The position numbers were made by a program, and so were the translations under genes. 64,000 bases of DNA, from the IMG/VR virus record IMGVR_UViG_3300042473_001265, positions 62,001-126,000 of that record, one strand, 5' to 3'. Every line of letters starts with the position of its first letter. The first letter of the stretch is position 1. Below the pieces are notes generated by a model. The model was given only the letters and a program-made list of their open reading frames with translations. It had not been told where the DNA came from and ran no database searches. This document shows positions 52,446-61,917 of this stretch, one piece after another.

Positions 52446-53767
52446 TAGAGTTACTGTATCTATTACCAATCATACTGCTTGGCATAGCCAGCGGCATTGT
52501 GATCGGCGTATTTCCCGGAGTAGGACCTGCATCAGGAATAATGATCTTGTATCCTGTTTTGCTCGGGTTGCCGGTGGTGGATTTGTTTGTATTTTATTCA
52601 GTGATGATGTCTTCAGTGCAGTACTACAGCAGCATACCATCTATTGTGTATGGCATAGCCGGAGAAATCACCAGTGTGCCAGCGGTGCAGTATGGCCATG
52701 ATGAATTCAGGCAAGGGCGTGGTGCAGAACTACTAAGCGCCACGGCCACATCCAGTCTGATAGCATCGGTTGTGGGTGTTGTGATTTTTTATGCAGCCAC
52801 ACAGTACATTGATTTTATGAAGTACTTTATCAACAACACTCCAAGATTGATATTGTTAACTGTGCTTGTTGTGTTGATCAGTGTGGCCAGCAAACAAAAG
52901 ATCCTGGCACTGACATTTGCAATTATAGGACTGACGATTGGACACATTGGGTACGATGTTTTGAGGCGCGAACATTTTTTATCCGCAGCAGATTTTCTGC
53001 CCAGTGGCATTCCGTTTGTACCGGTGTTCATTGGATTTCTAATGTTGCCAGAGTTATTTCATCATGCAAGGCATACCTTATCCGGTGTTGACATCAATTC
53101 GAATGAGTTTGGTATTCGTACTCGGCTAGCAAATTTATTAAAATTTCCACCGGTGCTGTCATCCCTGCGTGGATCCGTGATAGGTGCTGTGATGGGCCTG
53201 GTGCCTATGATAGGAACATCTGTGTCGTCAATGGTTGCAGCAGTGGTGGAAAAAAAGATCAACAACAACAATCAACGAATAGTGGTTTCTGCAGAGGCTG
53301 CCAACAATTCAGCTGCCATCACTGTGTTGATACCATTGATATTTCTAGCATTGCCTATTATTCCATCCGAAGCAGTGATCATGGCCTTGGCCGAACGCAG
53401 CGGATTTGGAATCAACAACAGTTTCAATTTGATAGCATCACTGGCTGGACCATTGATTGTGATACTGTTACTGGTCAATGTGGTCAATTGGTTGGTTGCC
53501 GGAATGTTTTATCAAAGTATGATTTCCCTCTACATTCGGTTGAACAAGATAATTTATCCCATCCTGATTGCAGTAAGCGTGGCAGTGTGTGTTTCAGAAG
53601 GAATGGCCAACCACCAACTGGGTCTGTATCTGTTGTTGACTGCCATGTCGGTATGTGTTGGGGTTTTTGTCAAAGAGTTTTCTGTTCGCGTCGCACTGAT
53701 ATTTGGCATGCTTTTGTCAACGTCAGTATCATCGGAAATTTTCCGATTTGTATTATTCAACTTTTAA
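52442..53767 (+). CDS. TctA-like tripartite tricarboxylate transporter membrane subunit
   Basis: About 12 TM segments; GVFPGVGP, GEITSVPA and AEAANNSAA..LIPLIFLALP motifs. Confidence 0.8.
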   Translation: MIELLYLLPIILLGIASGIVIGVFPGVGPASGIMILYPVLLGLPVVDLFVFYSVMMSSVQYYSSIPSIVYGIAGEITSVPAVQYGHDEFRQGRGAELLSATATSSLIASVVGVVIFYAATQYIDFMKYFINNTPRLILLTVLVVLISVASKQKILALTFAIIGLTIGHIGYDVLRREHFLSAADFLPSGIPFVPVFIGFLMLPELFHHARHTLSGVDINSNEFGIRTRLANLLKFPPVLSSLRGSVIGAVMGLVPMIGTSVSSMVAAVVEKKINNNNQRIVVSAEAANNSAAITVLIPLIFLALPIIPSEAVIMALAERSGFGINNSFNLIASLAGPLIVILLLVNVVNWLVAGMFYQSMISLYIRLNKIIYPILIAVSVAVCVSEGMANHQLGLYLLLTAMSVCVGVFVKEFSVRVALIFGMLLSTSVSSEIFRFVLFNF

Positions 53768-53776
53768 GGAGAAATT

Positions 53777-54598
53777 ATGAGTAAATTTTCTAAGTTTTTC
53801 ACAGCAATTGCATTTGCTGTTGCATCTGCTGCCGCAGTGGCCGACACCTATCATTTCAATTACTATTATCCACCCGGTGGCGGCACTGAAGTATGGTCAA
53901 TGCCGGTGATCGAAGGTCTTCGGAACAAGGGCCACACAGTCAAACAAGAATTTTTCAAGTCATGCCATGATGCATTGATCCGGGCAAAAACTCAAGAAAA
54001 TTCATTTGTTGTCATGAGTGGCGGAGATATGCAGGATGCAGCAGGTCTTTGCCCAGCACAAAAAGATTATCCCGCATTTAAATTTGTCACTAATCTGGCC
54101 AGCACAACACACTATCTGTGTACTTCGCCTGCAAAAACAAACATTGCCCTGACAGATCTTACTGGCACACAAAATTATAAAGTGGCCATAACGTCTGGAC
54201 CTGTTACCCTGCCACCGTGGACCAATCTTGTGGCTAATAGTTCCCCAAAACTGAATATTCGTACTATTCCATATGAAGCCAATGCTGCTGCAAGAGCTGC
54301 TGTGATTGCAGGAACTGATGTTGATATGATCTTCATTGCCAATGGTGTTGAAGCTGTGGTCAGTGCCGGCGGTAAATGTATTGCAGCATCCACAGCAAAG
54401 AATCATTATGGTTTGCCATTCCTGGGACAGTTTGCCCCGAGCAAGTACACCAATCACTATGTGACTATAGATCTGTGGGGCATGAGCACAGTGTCCAAGG
54501 ACACAGTGTCCGCATTGACTGAAATTTTAAAATCAACTGCTTTCAAAGAATTCCTGGCCAAAAGACCATCAACAGTGCATCTGGGTCTGGGACAATAA
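53777..54598 (+). CDS. TctC/Bug-like periplasmic substrate-binding protein
   Basis: Signal peptide; YPPGGGTE and IPYEANAAARAAVIAGTDVD motifs; adjacent to the TctA-like gene. Confidence 0.65.
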   Translation: MSKFSKFFTAIAFAVASAAAVADTYHFNYYYPPGGGTEVWSMPVIEGLRNKGHTVKQEFFKSCHDALIRAKTQENSFVVMSGGDMQDAAGLCPAQKDYPAFKFVTNLASTTHYLCTSPAKTNIALTDLTGTQNYKVAITSGPVTLPPWTNLVANSSPKLNIRTIPYEANAAARAAVIAGTDVDMIFIANGVEAVVSAGGKCIAASTAKNHYGLPFLGQFAPSKYTNHYVTIDLWGMSTVSKDTVSALTEILKSTAFKEFLAKRPSTVHLGLGQ

Positions 54599-54614
54599 TT
54601 CTGTATCACAAAAT

Positions 54615-54641
54615 AAATAGGCTCGTTGCAGCCTATTTTTT
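54615..54641 (+). terminator. intrinsic terminator
   Basis: AAATAGGCT-cgttgc-AGCCTATTT plus T run. Confidence 0.75.
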
Positions 54642-54656
54642 ATAAGGAAAACTTCT

Positions 54657-55268
54657 ATGATTGAACAATTAATTTATTATCCTGCCTTGCCTGCAATACC
54701 CGACGGATTGCTGGACACCGCAGATGCGTACAATCGTGACGAATTACTGGGCAGAGCGTTTGATCGTTCTGCTAGTAAAGATGGCGTGTCTATACCAAAC
54801 ACAACTTATTGGCGGCATCCTGTTAGTGAAAAAATCTGTGACTGGGTTAAAGAAAATATTGGTTCGGATTATACAGATCTTGGTATTAGCTTTCATGGAA
54901 AACCGGGCGGCGTTGCACTGCCACACACTGATAAAAGTCGCAACTGGACATTGATGTGGTTACTAGACGAGGGCGGTCAGGCCGTCGACACTGTATACTG
55001 GCAAGAAGGAAATCATCCGGTGATCAGAAACACCCACCCTTCGGGCCCTGATTCATATGATATGAAATGGGCCGCTCCTACTTCATATGACAATCTTAAA
55101 GAAGTTGGCCGAGCACGATTGAAACGCGGCCGTTGGCACTTGCTATGTGCCCAGGCTCTACACTCTGTTGAAGGGTTTACAACAGGTCCACGAAAATCAT
55201 TGCAAATTGGATTTTGGGACAAATCAGAATCAATCAAACGGTTCAAATCAATATCAACTACCATGTAA
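54657..55268 (+). CDS. 2OG-Fe(II) oxygenase / cupin-like protein
   Basis: ALPHTD (HxD), WHLL..QALHSVE and RKSLQI motifs. Confidence 0.55.
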   Translation: MIEQLIYYPALPAIPDGLLDTADAYNRDELLGRAFDRSASKDGVSIPNTTYWRHPVSEKICDWVKENIGSDYTDLGISFHGKPGGVALPHTDKSRNWTLMWLLDEGGQAVDTVYWQEGNHPVIRNTHPSGPDSYDMKWAAPTSYDNLKEVGRARLKRGRWHLLCAQALHSVEGFTTGPRKSLQIGFWDKSESIKRFKSISTTM

Positions 55269-55293
55269 TACACTAGTACTACTTTTTGAGCGG

Positions 55294-55350
55294 TTGACTG
55301 ATATTTGCTCTTTTGCTACAATATACACATACCGCAACAAAAGGAGTCAT
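55294..55350 (+). promoter_or_regulatory. early-type promoter and leader, repeated at 57816 and 58061
   Basis: TTGAC-N18-TA(C/T)AATATACACATA..GCAACAA(A)GGA. Confidence 0.7.
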
Positions 55351-55352
55351 TG

Positions 55353-55667
55353 ATGTCATCAGCATTACCCGGCAACGGGCAAGAACAATACAACAAGGAA
55401 TTGCTGTGCAAGGACTGCAAGCATGTACGAGTAGATTGGCTGGCACGTCTGATCAAAGCGTCCAGACAGTTCAGTTGCACTCTGCCTGAAAGTTGGATAC
55501 CACCCGATTACGATCCAGTGATCGGGTTGACCAAAGAAGGATACTTCCAAAGTGCCATAACAATGAGGAGTCCTTGGAATAAAACATGTGGCGCGGCTGC
55601 AACAAAATGGTTGCCACGCAAAAAAAAGCACTTGTTTTTAATGTTGCGAAAAGTTCACACCAATTGA
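55353..55667 (+). CDS. hypothetical Cys-containing protein
   Basis: CKDCKH...FSC...TC pattern; AAGGAG SD. Confidence 0.6.
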   Translation: MSSALPGNGQEQYNKELLCKDCKHVRVDWLARLIKASRQFSCTLPESWIPPDYDPVIGLTKEGYFQSAITMRSPWNKTCGAAATKWLPRKKKHLFLMLRKVHTN

Positions 55668-55721
55668 CAGCAAACACATTTCTTGTTATAATAAACGCAT
55701 TAACCACTTAAAAGGATTTTC

Positions 55722-56807
55722 ATGTCAGATTCACGCACTGTTACTTCGACCCAAGCTCGTAAAAGTTTGCTACGAGCATTCCGAGCCAAACGTCCCTTGT
55801 TCTTGTGGGGTCCTCCAGGCATTGGCAAAAGCGAATTGGTAGAAGGCATCACTGAAGAACTGGGCGGACTCATGATCGATCTGCGCCTGGGCCAGATGGA
55901 GCCCACTGACATTCGTGGTATTCCGTTCTACAACAAAGAACTGGGCAAGATGGATTGGGCTCCACCAATTGAACTGCCCGATGAAGAAATGGCCCGGGAC
56001 TACCCCATTGTGGTGTTGTTCTTGGACGAACTGAACAGTGCCGCACCCAGTGTTCAAGCCGCGGCCTATCAACTTATTCTGAATCGACGCATTGGCAAGT
56101 ATCGCCTGCCTAAAAATGTGGTCTTGGTGGCCGCAGGCAATAGGGAAAGCGACAAAGGTGTCACTTATCGTATGCCCACACCGTTGGCAAATCGTTTCAT
56201 TCACCAGGAAATGAAAGTGGACTTTGCATCGTACCAGACCTGGGCAGTGCAAAACAACATCCACAAGGATGTGGTGGGTTATTTGAGCTTTGCCAAACAG
56301 GACCTGTATGACTTTGACTCCAAGTCCAGCTCACGAGCTTTTGCTACACCGCGTACCTGGACTTTTGTAAGCGAGCTGTTGAGCGAAGATGACGGCGATG
56401 CCGACACATTGACCAACCTGATTGCAGGCACTGTGGGCGAAGGTCTTGCTGTGAAGTTCATGGCACACCGCAAGATCAGTGCTAGACTGCCCAATCCAGA
56501 AGATATCTTGAGCGGCAAAGTCACCACACTGGATGTCAAAGAAGTCAGTGCCATGTACAGCCTGGTGATCTCCATGTGCTACGAACTCAAGGATGCAGTG
56601 GCTCGTAAGATTCCGGACAAAGAATTCCATGCCATGTCCGACAACTTCCTGGGCTACATGATGAAGAACTTTGAAACAGAGTTGACTGTGATGGGTGCTC
56701 GTATTGCCCTGACCACATACAACCTGCCGTTCCAGCCCACCAAGCTGAAGAACTTTGACGAGTTCCATCAGCGTTTTGGCAAGTACATCCTGCAGGCTTC
56801 GGCCTAA
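55722..56807 (+). CDS. MoxR-like AAA+ ATPase
   Basis: GPPGIGKS, LFLDELN, VAAGN and PLANRF motifs; own TTGACA-N17-TATAAT promoter at 55664. Confidence 0.9.
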   Translation: MSDSRTVTSTQARKSLLRAFRAKRPLFLWGPPGIGKSELVEGITEELGGLMIDLRLGQMEPTDIRGIPFYNKELGKMDWAPPIELPDEEMARDYPIVVLFLDELNSAAPSVQAAAYQLILNRRIGKYRLPKNVVLVAAGNRESDKGVTYRMPTPLANRFIHQEMKVDFASYQTWAVQNNIHKDVVGYLSFAKQDLYDFDSKSSSRAFATPRTWTFVSELLSEDDGDADTLTNLIAGTVGEGLAVKFMAHRKISARLPNPEDILSGKVTTLDVKEVSAMYSLVISMCYELKDAVARKIPDKEFHAMSDNFLGYMMKNFETELTVMGARIALTTYNLPFQPTKLKNFDEFHQRFGKYILQASA

Positions 56808-56816
56808 TTTGGCAGT

Positions 56817-56845
56817 GGGGGCAGTGGCAACACTGCCCCCTTTTT
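56817..56845 (+). terminator. intrinsic terminator
   Basis: GGGGGCAGTG-GCAA-CACTGCCCCC plus T5. Confidence 0.85.
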
Positions 56846-56869
56846 GCTTATACAATACAAGGATTCCAA

Positions 56870-57196
56870 ATGAGATTAATGTTAGAAGATATCCATGGTA
56901 ATTCAAAACCAGCAAAGCTAGGAGGATGGCTGTGGGGCAAAAGAATTACTATTTCGCCAAACTCATACGACGAAGGCAGAAAAAACTTCACCGAGTTGCA
57001 TGACTTTTTTACCCAGTCTTTTGGACCTGGCATTGATATTCAAACACTTGAAACCCTGAATCCTCGCCCGTTATGTAACTGGATTTATCAAATTGAATCC
57101 AAATACGGAAATCATCGCTTTTTTGTAAAAGAGCGAAAAGACCTAGACTGGTTTTTACTAAAGTATAATGACAAGCTGAATAATTGGTCACGATGA
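56870..57196 (+). CDS. hypothetical protein
   Basis: C-terminal FFVKERKDLDWFLLKY motif. Confidence 0.55.
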   Translation: MRLMLEDIHGNSKPAKLGGWLWGKRITISPNSYDEGRKNFTELHDFFTQSFGPGIDIQTLETLNPRPLCNWIYQIESKYGNHRFFVKERKDLDWFLLKYNDKLNNWSR

Positions 57197-57516
57197 AATA
57201 CATTGTAACTGATATGGACCGACGCCACAGCCACCATGCTAGTTTTAACTACATGTTGGAGTTTTCCAAATCTGTTTGGCACTGCACTGGCGTGCTGGAT
57301 TTTGACCGTGCCAGGCGCTGGATGAATCGCACATACGGATGGAGTCAAGAGGTAGACACTCGCATTGCGATCAAGCGTAGTAATGCTGTGCTACAAGATG
57401 CAGATATAAACCTGCACTGGGCATATTCGACCGTGTACAAAGACTATCGCATCTACTTAAAAGGCAACGAAGAACTGGCGTTTTTTCAGCTGGCTCATGT
57501 GCAAAGTAACAGTTAA
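57184..57516 (+). CDS. hypothetical protein
   Basis: C-terminal IYLKGNEELAFFQLAH motif. Confidence 0.55.
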   Translation: MVTMKYIVTDMDRRHSHHASFNYMLEFSKSVWHCTGVLDFDRARRWMNRTYGWSQEVDTRIAIKRSNAVLQDADINLHWAYSTVYKDYRIYLKGNEELAFFQLAHVQSNS

Positions 57517-57787
57517 AAAGAATCTAATCATCTTTCACACGCCCAGTGACTGGTCAGAAATCTACAGTAAGATTTTACAAGACTTTGGTATGGGCATGGC
57601 AGTAAGGACTCGACTGCTGCGCGAGCTGGGGTTTGTATATCGACATCATCAAGGACTAGTACCACACGAAGTCGACAGTCCTTATGAACCCAAAATGCAC
57701 TATGAGAACCAGGTTCACTTGGACTTTTATAGTGAGGCTGCACAGAGTTGGTTCCAACTAAAGTACTTAAATTTAGGTAGTATTTGA
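57497..57787 (+). CDS. hypothetical protein
   Basis: C-terminal LDFYSEAAQSWFQLKY motif. Confidence 0.55.
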   Translation: MCKVTVKKNLIIFHTPSDWSEIYSKILQDFGMGMAVRTRLLRELGFVYRHHQGLVPHEVDSPYEPKMHYENQVHLDFYSEAAQSWFQLKYLNLGSI

Positions 57788-57874
57788 GTATTACTTTTTG
57801 AGTTGCACTTTTTGGTTGACCAAAAATGCCCGATTTGCTATAATATACACATAGACAGCAACAAGGAGCCCCAG

Positions 57875-58056
57875 ATGACTTACACCGTTCAAGAACTTGC
57901 CCTGCAATACGCCGAAAAACTGGTTGCTTATCACGAAGCACAGAAAAGCGATTGGTCGGACAAGGAGCGTCAAGTCCGTCGTACCGTGACGAAATGTACC
58001 TTGCACAAAACTCTCTGAATGCTGCCTGCGAACGTGCAGCCGAACTGAGCTTGTAA
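57875..58056 (+). pseudogene. small gene with an apparent -1 frameshift
   Basis: Promoter, SD and ATG at 57875. Frame 0 stops at 58018; the -1 frame continues RDEMYLAQNSLNAACERAAELSL to TAA at about 58056. Confidence 0.35.
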
Positions 58057-58116
58057 GCGTTTGACCATTAATTCAATTTGTGCTATAATATACACATAAC
58101 GCAACAAAGGAACACC

Positions 58117-59394
58117 ATGAGCAAAGCAGGTACCACAGCAGACAGCAAAGACAGCGACAAGTTCAAAGATCTTGTTGGCCCAACTGACCCTAAAATTGAT
58201 CGTGAAGTTCGTGAGATTTTGATCACTGCACGGGTCGGACTGTTGCTGAAGGCCAGTTTCTTTGGCAACATGGCAACTCGCCTTACACTGGTCAACGCTG
58301 ACAAGTGGTGCCCTACTGCCGCAACAGACGGTCGTAATTTCTATTACAACAGCCGTTTTATCAAAATGCTTCGACCCAAAGAAGTTGAATTCTTGTTTGG
58401 CCACGAAGTGTTGCATTGTGTATATGATCACTTCGGCCGTAGAGGCGACAGAGATCCACAGTTATGGAACATTGCTGACGACTACTGTGTCAACGGCGAC
58501 TTGAAAAAACACAATGTTGGCGAGTTCATTACCAGTGTACCTTGCCTGTACGACAAAAAATACGAAGGCATGAGTGCCGAAGAAGTGTACGACATCCTGT
58601 ACCAAAACGCAGACAAGATTGACATTGGTTCATTGCTGGACAAAATGATCGACCAGCACTTGGATGGTGAAGGCGATGGCGATGGCGACGGCAAAGATGG
58701 CAATGGTCGTCCCAAGCTCAGCGAAGAAGACCGTCGGCAAATCAAAGACGAAATCAAAGAAGCCATGTTGTCTGCTGTGGCAGCAGATGCTGATGGTGCT
58801 GGCAATTTGCCCGCAGGTGTACAGCGTATTATTCGTGATCTCACTGAGCCGCAGATGAACTGGCGCGAACTGTTGCGTATGCAATTGGAGAGCACTATCA
58901 AAAGTGACTACACCTGGATGCGAGCAAGCCGTAAAGGCTGGCACATGGATGCAGTGATGCCGGGCATGAAACTGGATCCCATGATTGATATTGCACTGTT
59001 TATTGACGCTTCGGGTTCCATGGGTGAGGACATGCTCAAAGACATCCTGAGCGAAACAGCCGGCATCATGGAATCGTTCCCTGCATATCGTATCCATGTT
59101 GCAAGTTTTGATACCGAAGTGTACAATCCACAGCAATACAATTCAGAAAATTTAGAAGACATCACTGAATACCAGATCAAGGGCGGTGGAGGCACAGACT
59201 TTGATTGTGTGTTTGACTACCTGAAAGAGAACGACATTGAACCCAAGCGACTGGTGGTGTTCACAGACGGTTACCCTTACGGTAGCTGGGGTGATGAGAA
59301 CTATGCAGACACTGTGTGGATCTTGCATGGTACCACAACTATTGTGCCACCTTGGGGACAGCATGCCTACTATGATGAGGAGAAAAAGAAATGA
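58117..59394 (+). CDS. VWA-like / putative metallopeptidase (DUF2201-type) partner of MoxR
   Basis: HEVLH (HExxH) motif, MIDAS-like IDASGSM, GGGGTDF and VFTDGY. Confidence 0.85.
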   Translation: MSKAGTTADSKDSDKFKDLVGPTDPKIDREVREILITARVGLLLKASFFGNMATRLTLVNADKWCPTAATDGRNFYYNSRFIKMLRPKEVEFLFGHEVLHCVYDHFGRRGDRDPQLWNIADDYCVNGDLKKHNVGEFITSVPCLYDKKYEGMSAEEVYDILYQNADKIDIGSLLDKMIDQHLDGEGDGDGDGKDGNGRPKLSEEDRRQIKDEIKEAMLSAVAADADGAGNLPAGVQRIIRDLTEPQMNWRELLRMQLESTIKSDYTWMRASRKGWHMDAVMPGMKLDPMIDIALFIDASGSMGEDMLKDILSETAGIMESFPAYRIHVASFDTEVYNPQQYNSENLEDITEYQIKGGGGTDFDCVFDYLKENDIEPKRLVVFTDGYPYGSWGDENYADTVWILHGTTTIVPPWGQHAYYDEEKKK

Positions 59395-59819
59395 TTGTTA
59401 GACTAGAACAGGACGAAAACGGCGATTTAGTTCTGCCACTCAGCGACGAACTGTTGCAGTCAGTTGGTTGGCGAATTGGTGACACTGTTGTGTGGAAGGA
59501 CAACGAAGATGGTTCCTGGACCATGAGCAAAAAACCCAAGACCAAAATTGTGCTGGTGGATACTTTGGTATCATACCGCATGAGGTATGCTGTGGAACTG
59601 GCAGAAGACTCGCCAGAATCATGGGCCAGAGACACTGTGACCATGGAACAGGCTGTAGAGTTCAGCCAGGAGTGCCTGGGCGAGCAGATTGTGTCACACA
59701 GAGTGATTACTGAAGCTGAATTTTTACAACAGTTTGACAAGGACAACGGTTATCTTGCAGGCTGGACAGCGGACAAAAAGTTTGATTCAGCACTGACTAG
59801 GCTGGAGATAGCAAAGTGA
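59391..59819 (+). CDS. protein with an AbrB/MazE-like N-terminal domain
   Basis: GDLVLPLSDELLQSVGWRIGDTVVW pattern. Confidence 0.55.
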   Translation: MIVRLEQDENGDLVLPLSDELLQSVGWRIGDTVVWKDNEDGSWTMSKKPKTKIVLVDTLVSYRMRYAVELAEDSPESWARDTVTMEQAVEFSQECLGEQIVSHRVITEAEFLQQFDKDNGYLAGWTADKKFDSALTRLEIAK

Positions 59820-59992
59820 ACGAACGAATTTTAGAACTTGCCCGCGAAGCTGGACTGCTGGTCCACAATCCAACAGGCGTTCCGACTAAGCTAGAAAAGT
59901 TCGCCCAGTTGATTGTACGGGAATGTGCTGAGATTTGTCTAGAAGCAAATGACCATAAAAATATCTTACAACATTTCGGAGTTGAAGAATGA
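59816..59992 (+). CDS. MNERI.E.A family small protein
   Basis: GTG start; ...KFAQLIVRECAEIC...HFGVEE. Confidence 0.6.
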   Translation: MNERILELAREAGLLVHNPTGVPTKLEKFAQLIVRECAEICLEANDHKNILQHFGVEE

Positions 59993-60204
59993 ACGAACGA
60001 ATTCAAGAACTTGCTGAACAGGCCGGACTGTATGTGGATCTCGACGGTACGCCGTGGCCGCGAGCCATGTCAGCCGAAGAATCTGAAGCAGCCTATAAAA
60101 AGTTTGCCGAGTTGATTGTGCAGGATGTGTTAAATGAAGTGCTACAGGCAATGGATGATGGAATGGACGTCTACTACACAGTGGCAGATAAATTTCGGAG
60201 TTGA
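59989..60204 (+). CDS. MNERI.E.A family small protein
   Basis: MNERIQELAEQAG...KFAELIV. Confidence 0.6.
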   Translation: MNERIQELAEQAGLYVDLDGTPWPRAMSAEESEAAYKKFAELIVQDVLNEVLQAMDDGMDVYYTVADKFRS

Positions 60205-60412
60205 AGAATGACACACCATGATTGGTTATTACTAATGTGCCTGGCGATTGGATGGCTACAGGGTCTGTATATTGGATGGTTAGTGTGGCGTAGACCACAA
60301 TTGAAATATCACGGAGTTGACCCATGATTGAACTATTGGCCCTTGTGTGTGTAATTGGTCCCACTGTAGTTGTCTACTACTTGGGCAAATAATATTTTTT
60401 TGGAGTTGAACT

Positions 60413-60589
60413 ATGATTAAACTTTGGTTGGCGTTTGCCGTTATTGCTGTTCTCATACACTTCGGCATCACTGCTGTTAGAAAGATGGACGGCAAGGAAC
60501 AATTGGCCTTGACAAAAAGCATAGGCTATAGTATACTTGTGTCACTGGCAGTGGTCATGGTAATGACAGTGCTGGTAATTTTATTTTAA
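60413..60589 (+). CDS. small two-TM membrane protein
   Basis: GGAG SD; two hydrophobic segments; upstream of the SPFH gene. Confidence 0.55.
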   Translation: MIKLWLAFAVIAVLIHFGITAVRKMDGKEQLALTKSIGYSILVSLAVVMVMTVLVILF

Positions 60590-60684
60590 GGAATCATAAT
60601 GATTAGTGATTTTTGGATTAGGCCCTTGTATTTTGCTTTGGGCTTTTGGGTGTGTGTTTTACTTTTTTCTACTGGAGTTATCTA

Positions 60685-61485
60685 ATGAATCGTGTTATTA
60701 AACTTTCTATCGTGGCTGCGGCTGTGGCTCTTACCAGTGCTTGCACTCGCATTGAAACCGGCGAGGTTGGTGTTCGAGTTGGCTTTGACAAACAGGTAAA
60801 ATCTGGCGAACTGTTGCCAGGCTCGTTCAATCAAACCTTGATCGGTGATGTGCTGACATTTCCAATCAAGGATGTTAATGTGAGCTTGGAGAACATGACT
60901 CCTGTGGCCAAAGACAATTCGACCATGAAAGACTTTGATGCTGTTGTGGTCTACAACATCAACCCACAGCAAGTGGCTGAACTATACAGCACCAAGAACA
61001 AGAGCTTTCATGCTGAAAGCAAAAGTGGCGACACTCTTGTGATGTATAACTACATTGTGCAGAATGCTCGTAATGCTATCTACAAGGCCGCTCGCAAGTA
61101 CGAAGCCTTGGACATGGCCGATGCTCGTAGCGACATGGAAAACTTCATCAAGGAAGAAATTGTTCGTAATCTCACCGAAGAAAAACTGGACGGTTCGATC
61201 ACTATCAGTCAGGTGCTGATTCGTAATATTGTGCCAGCAGACTCAGTTGTGGCCAGTGCCAACGAACTGGTCAAGGCCAAAAACGAACTCAAACAGAAAG
61301 AAGTCGAAGTCAAAACTGCCGAAGCTGAAGCTCGACGTATGGCAGCACTGGCCAACAACAGTGCCAGTTCTATTGCGTTCATGCAGGCACAGGCCATGTT
61401 GAATATTTCAGAAGGTATCAAAGCAGGTCGAGTGCAGACCATTGTTGTGCCCAGCAACTTCAACGCACTCATGATGAACAAGTAA
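60685..61485 (+). CDS. SPFH / band 7 (prohibitin-like) lipoprotein
   Basis: Lipobox-like LTSAC, IETGEVGVRVGF and a coiled-coil C-terminus. Confidence 0.85.
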   Translation: MNRVIKLSIVAAAVALTSACTRIETGEVGVRVGFDKQVKSGELLPGSFNQTLIGDVLTFPIKDVNVSLENMTPVAKDNSTMKDFDAVVVYNINPQQVAELYSTKNKSFHAESKSGDTLVMYNYIVQNARNAIYKAARKYEALDMADARSDMENFIKEEIVRNLTEEKLDGSITISQVLIRNIVPADSVVASANELVKAKNELKQKEVEVKTAEAEARRMAALANNSASSIAFMQAQAMLNISEGIKAGRVQTIVVPSNFNALMMNK

Positions 61486-61486
61486 C

Positions 61487-61672
61487 ATGCTCTGGACTCT
61501 AGTACTATTCGCATATGTTGGTATGATGAGTGACAAGGATTCCATGGCGCTGACTTCAGTGCCTGGATTCCGAACTCAACAAGAATGTGCGGCGGCCGGC
61601 AAAGCTGCTGAAAAGATGGCCGCTGGAACAACCAAGGTAATGAAATTTACCTGTGTTGAAGTTACTAAATGA
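61487..61672 (+). CDS. small secreted hypothetical protein
   Basis: Hydrophobic N-terminus; F.T.QEC..A...C pattern. Confidence 0.55.
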   Translation: MLWTLVLFAYVGMMSDKDSMALTSVPGFRTQQECAAAGKAAEKMAAGTTKVMKFTCVEVTK

Positions 61673-61689
61673 ACAAGTAAGGATCGGCC

Positions 61690-61917
61690 ATGTACAAAAC
61701 AGTTTACAAAGAAGTTGAAGTTGATGTCGACTTGCACGACTTCGACACTGAAGATCTGATTGATGAATTAGAAGAACGCGGAGAACTACCCGCCAGCACT
61801 GGACCATATGATTCTAATGAGCTAGTGCAAAAAATCTGGATGGCTCGCCGAAACGGAAAAGACTATCAATCCCTCTTGGATGATTTGATCTATGCTGTAA
61901 CCGGCCGAATTGTGTAA
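61690..61917 (+). CDS. hypothetical acidic protein
   Basis: 75-aa ORF with AAGGA SD. Confidence 0.55.
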   Translation: MYKTVYKEVEVDVDLHDFDTEDLIDELEERGELPASTGPYDSNELVQKIWMARRNGKDYQSLLDDLIYAVTGRIV

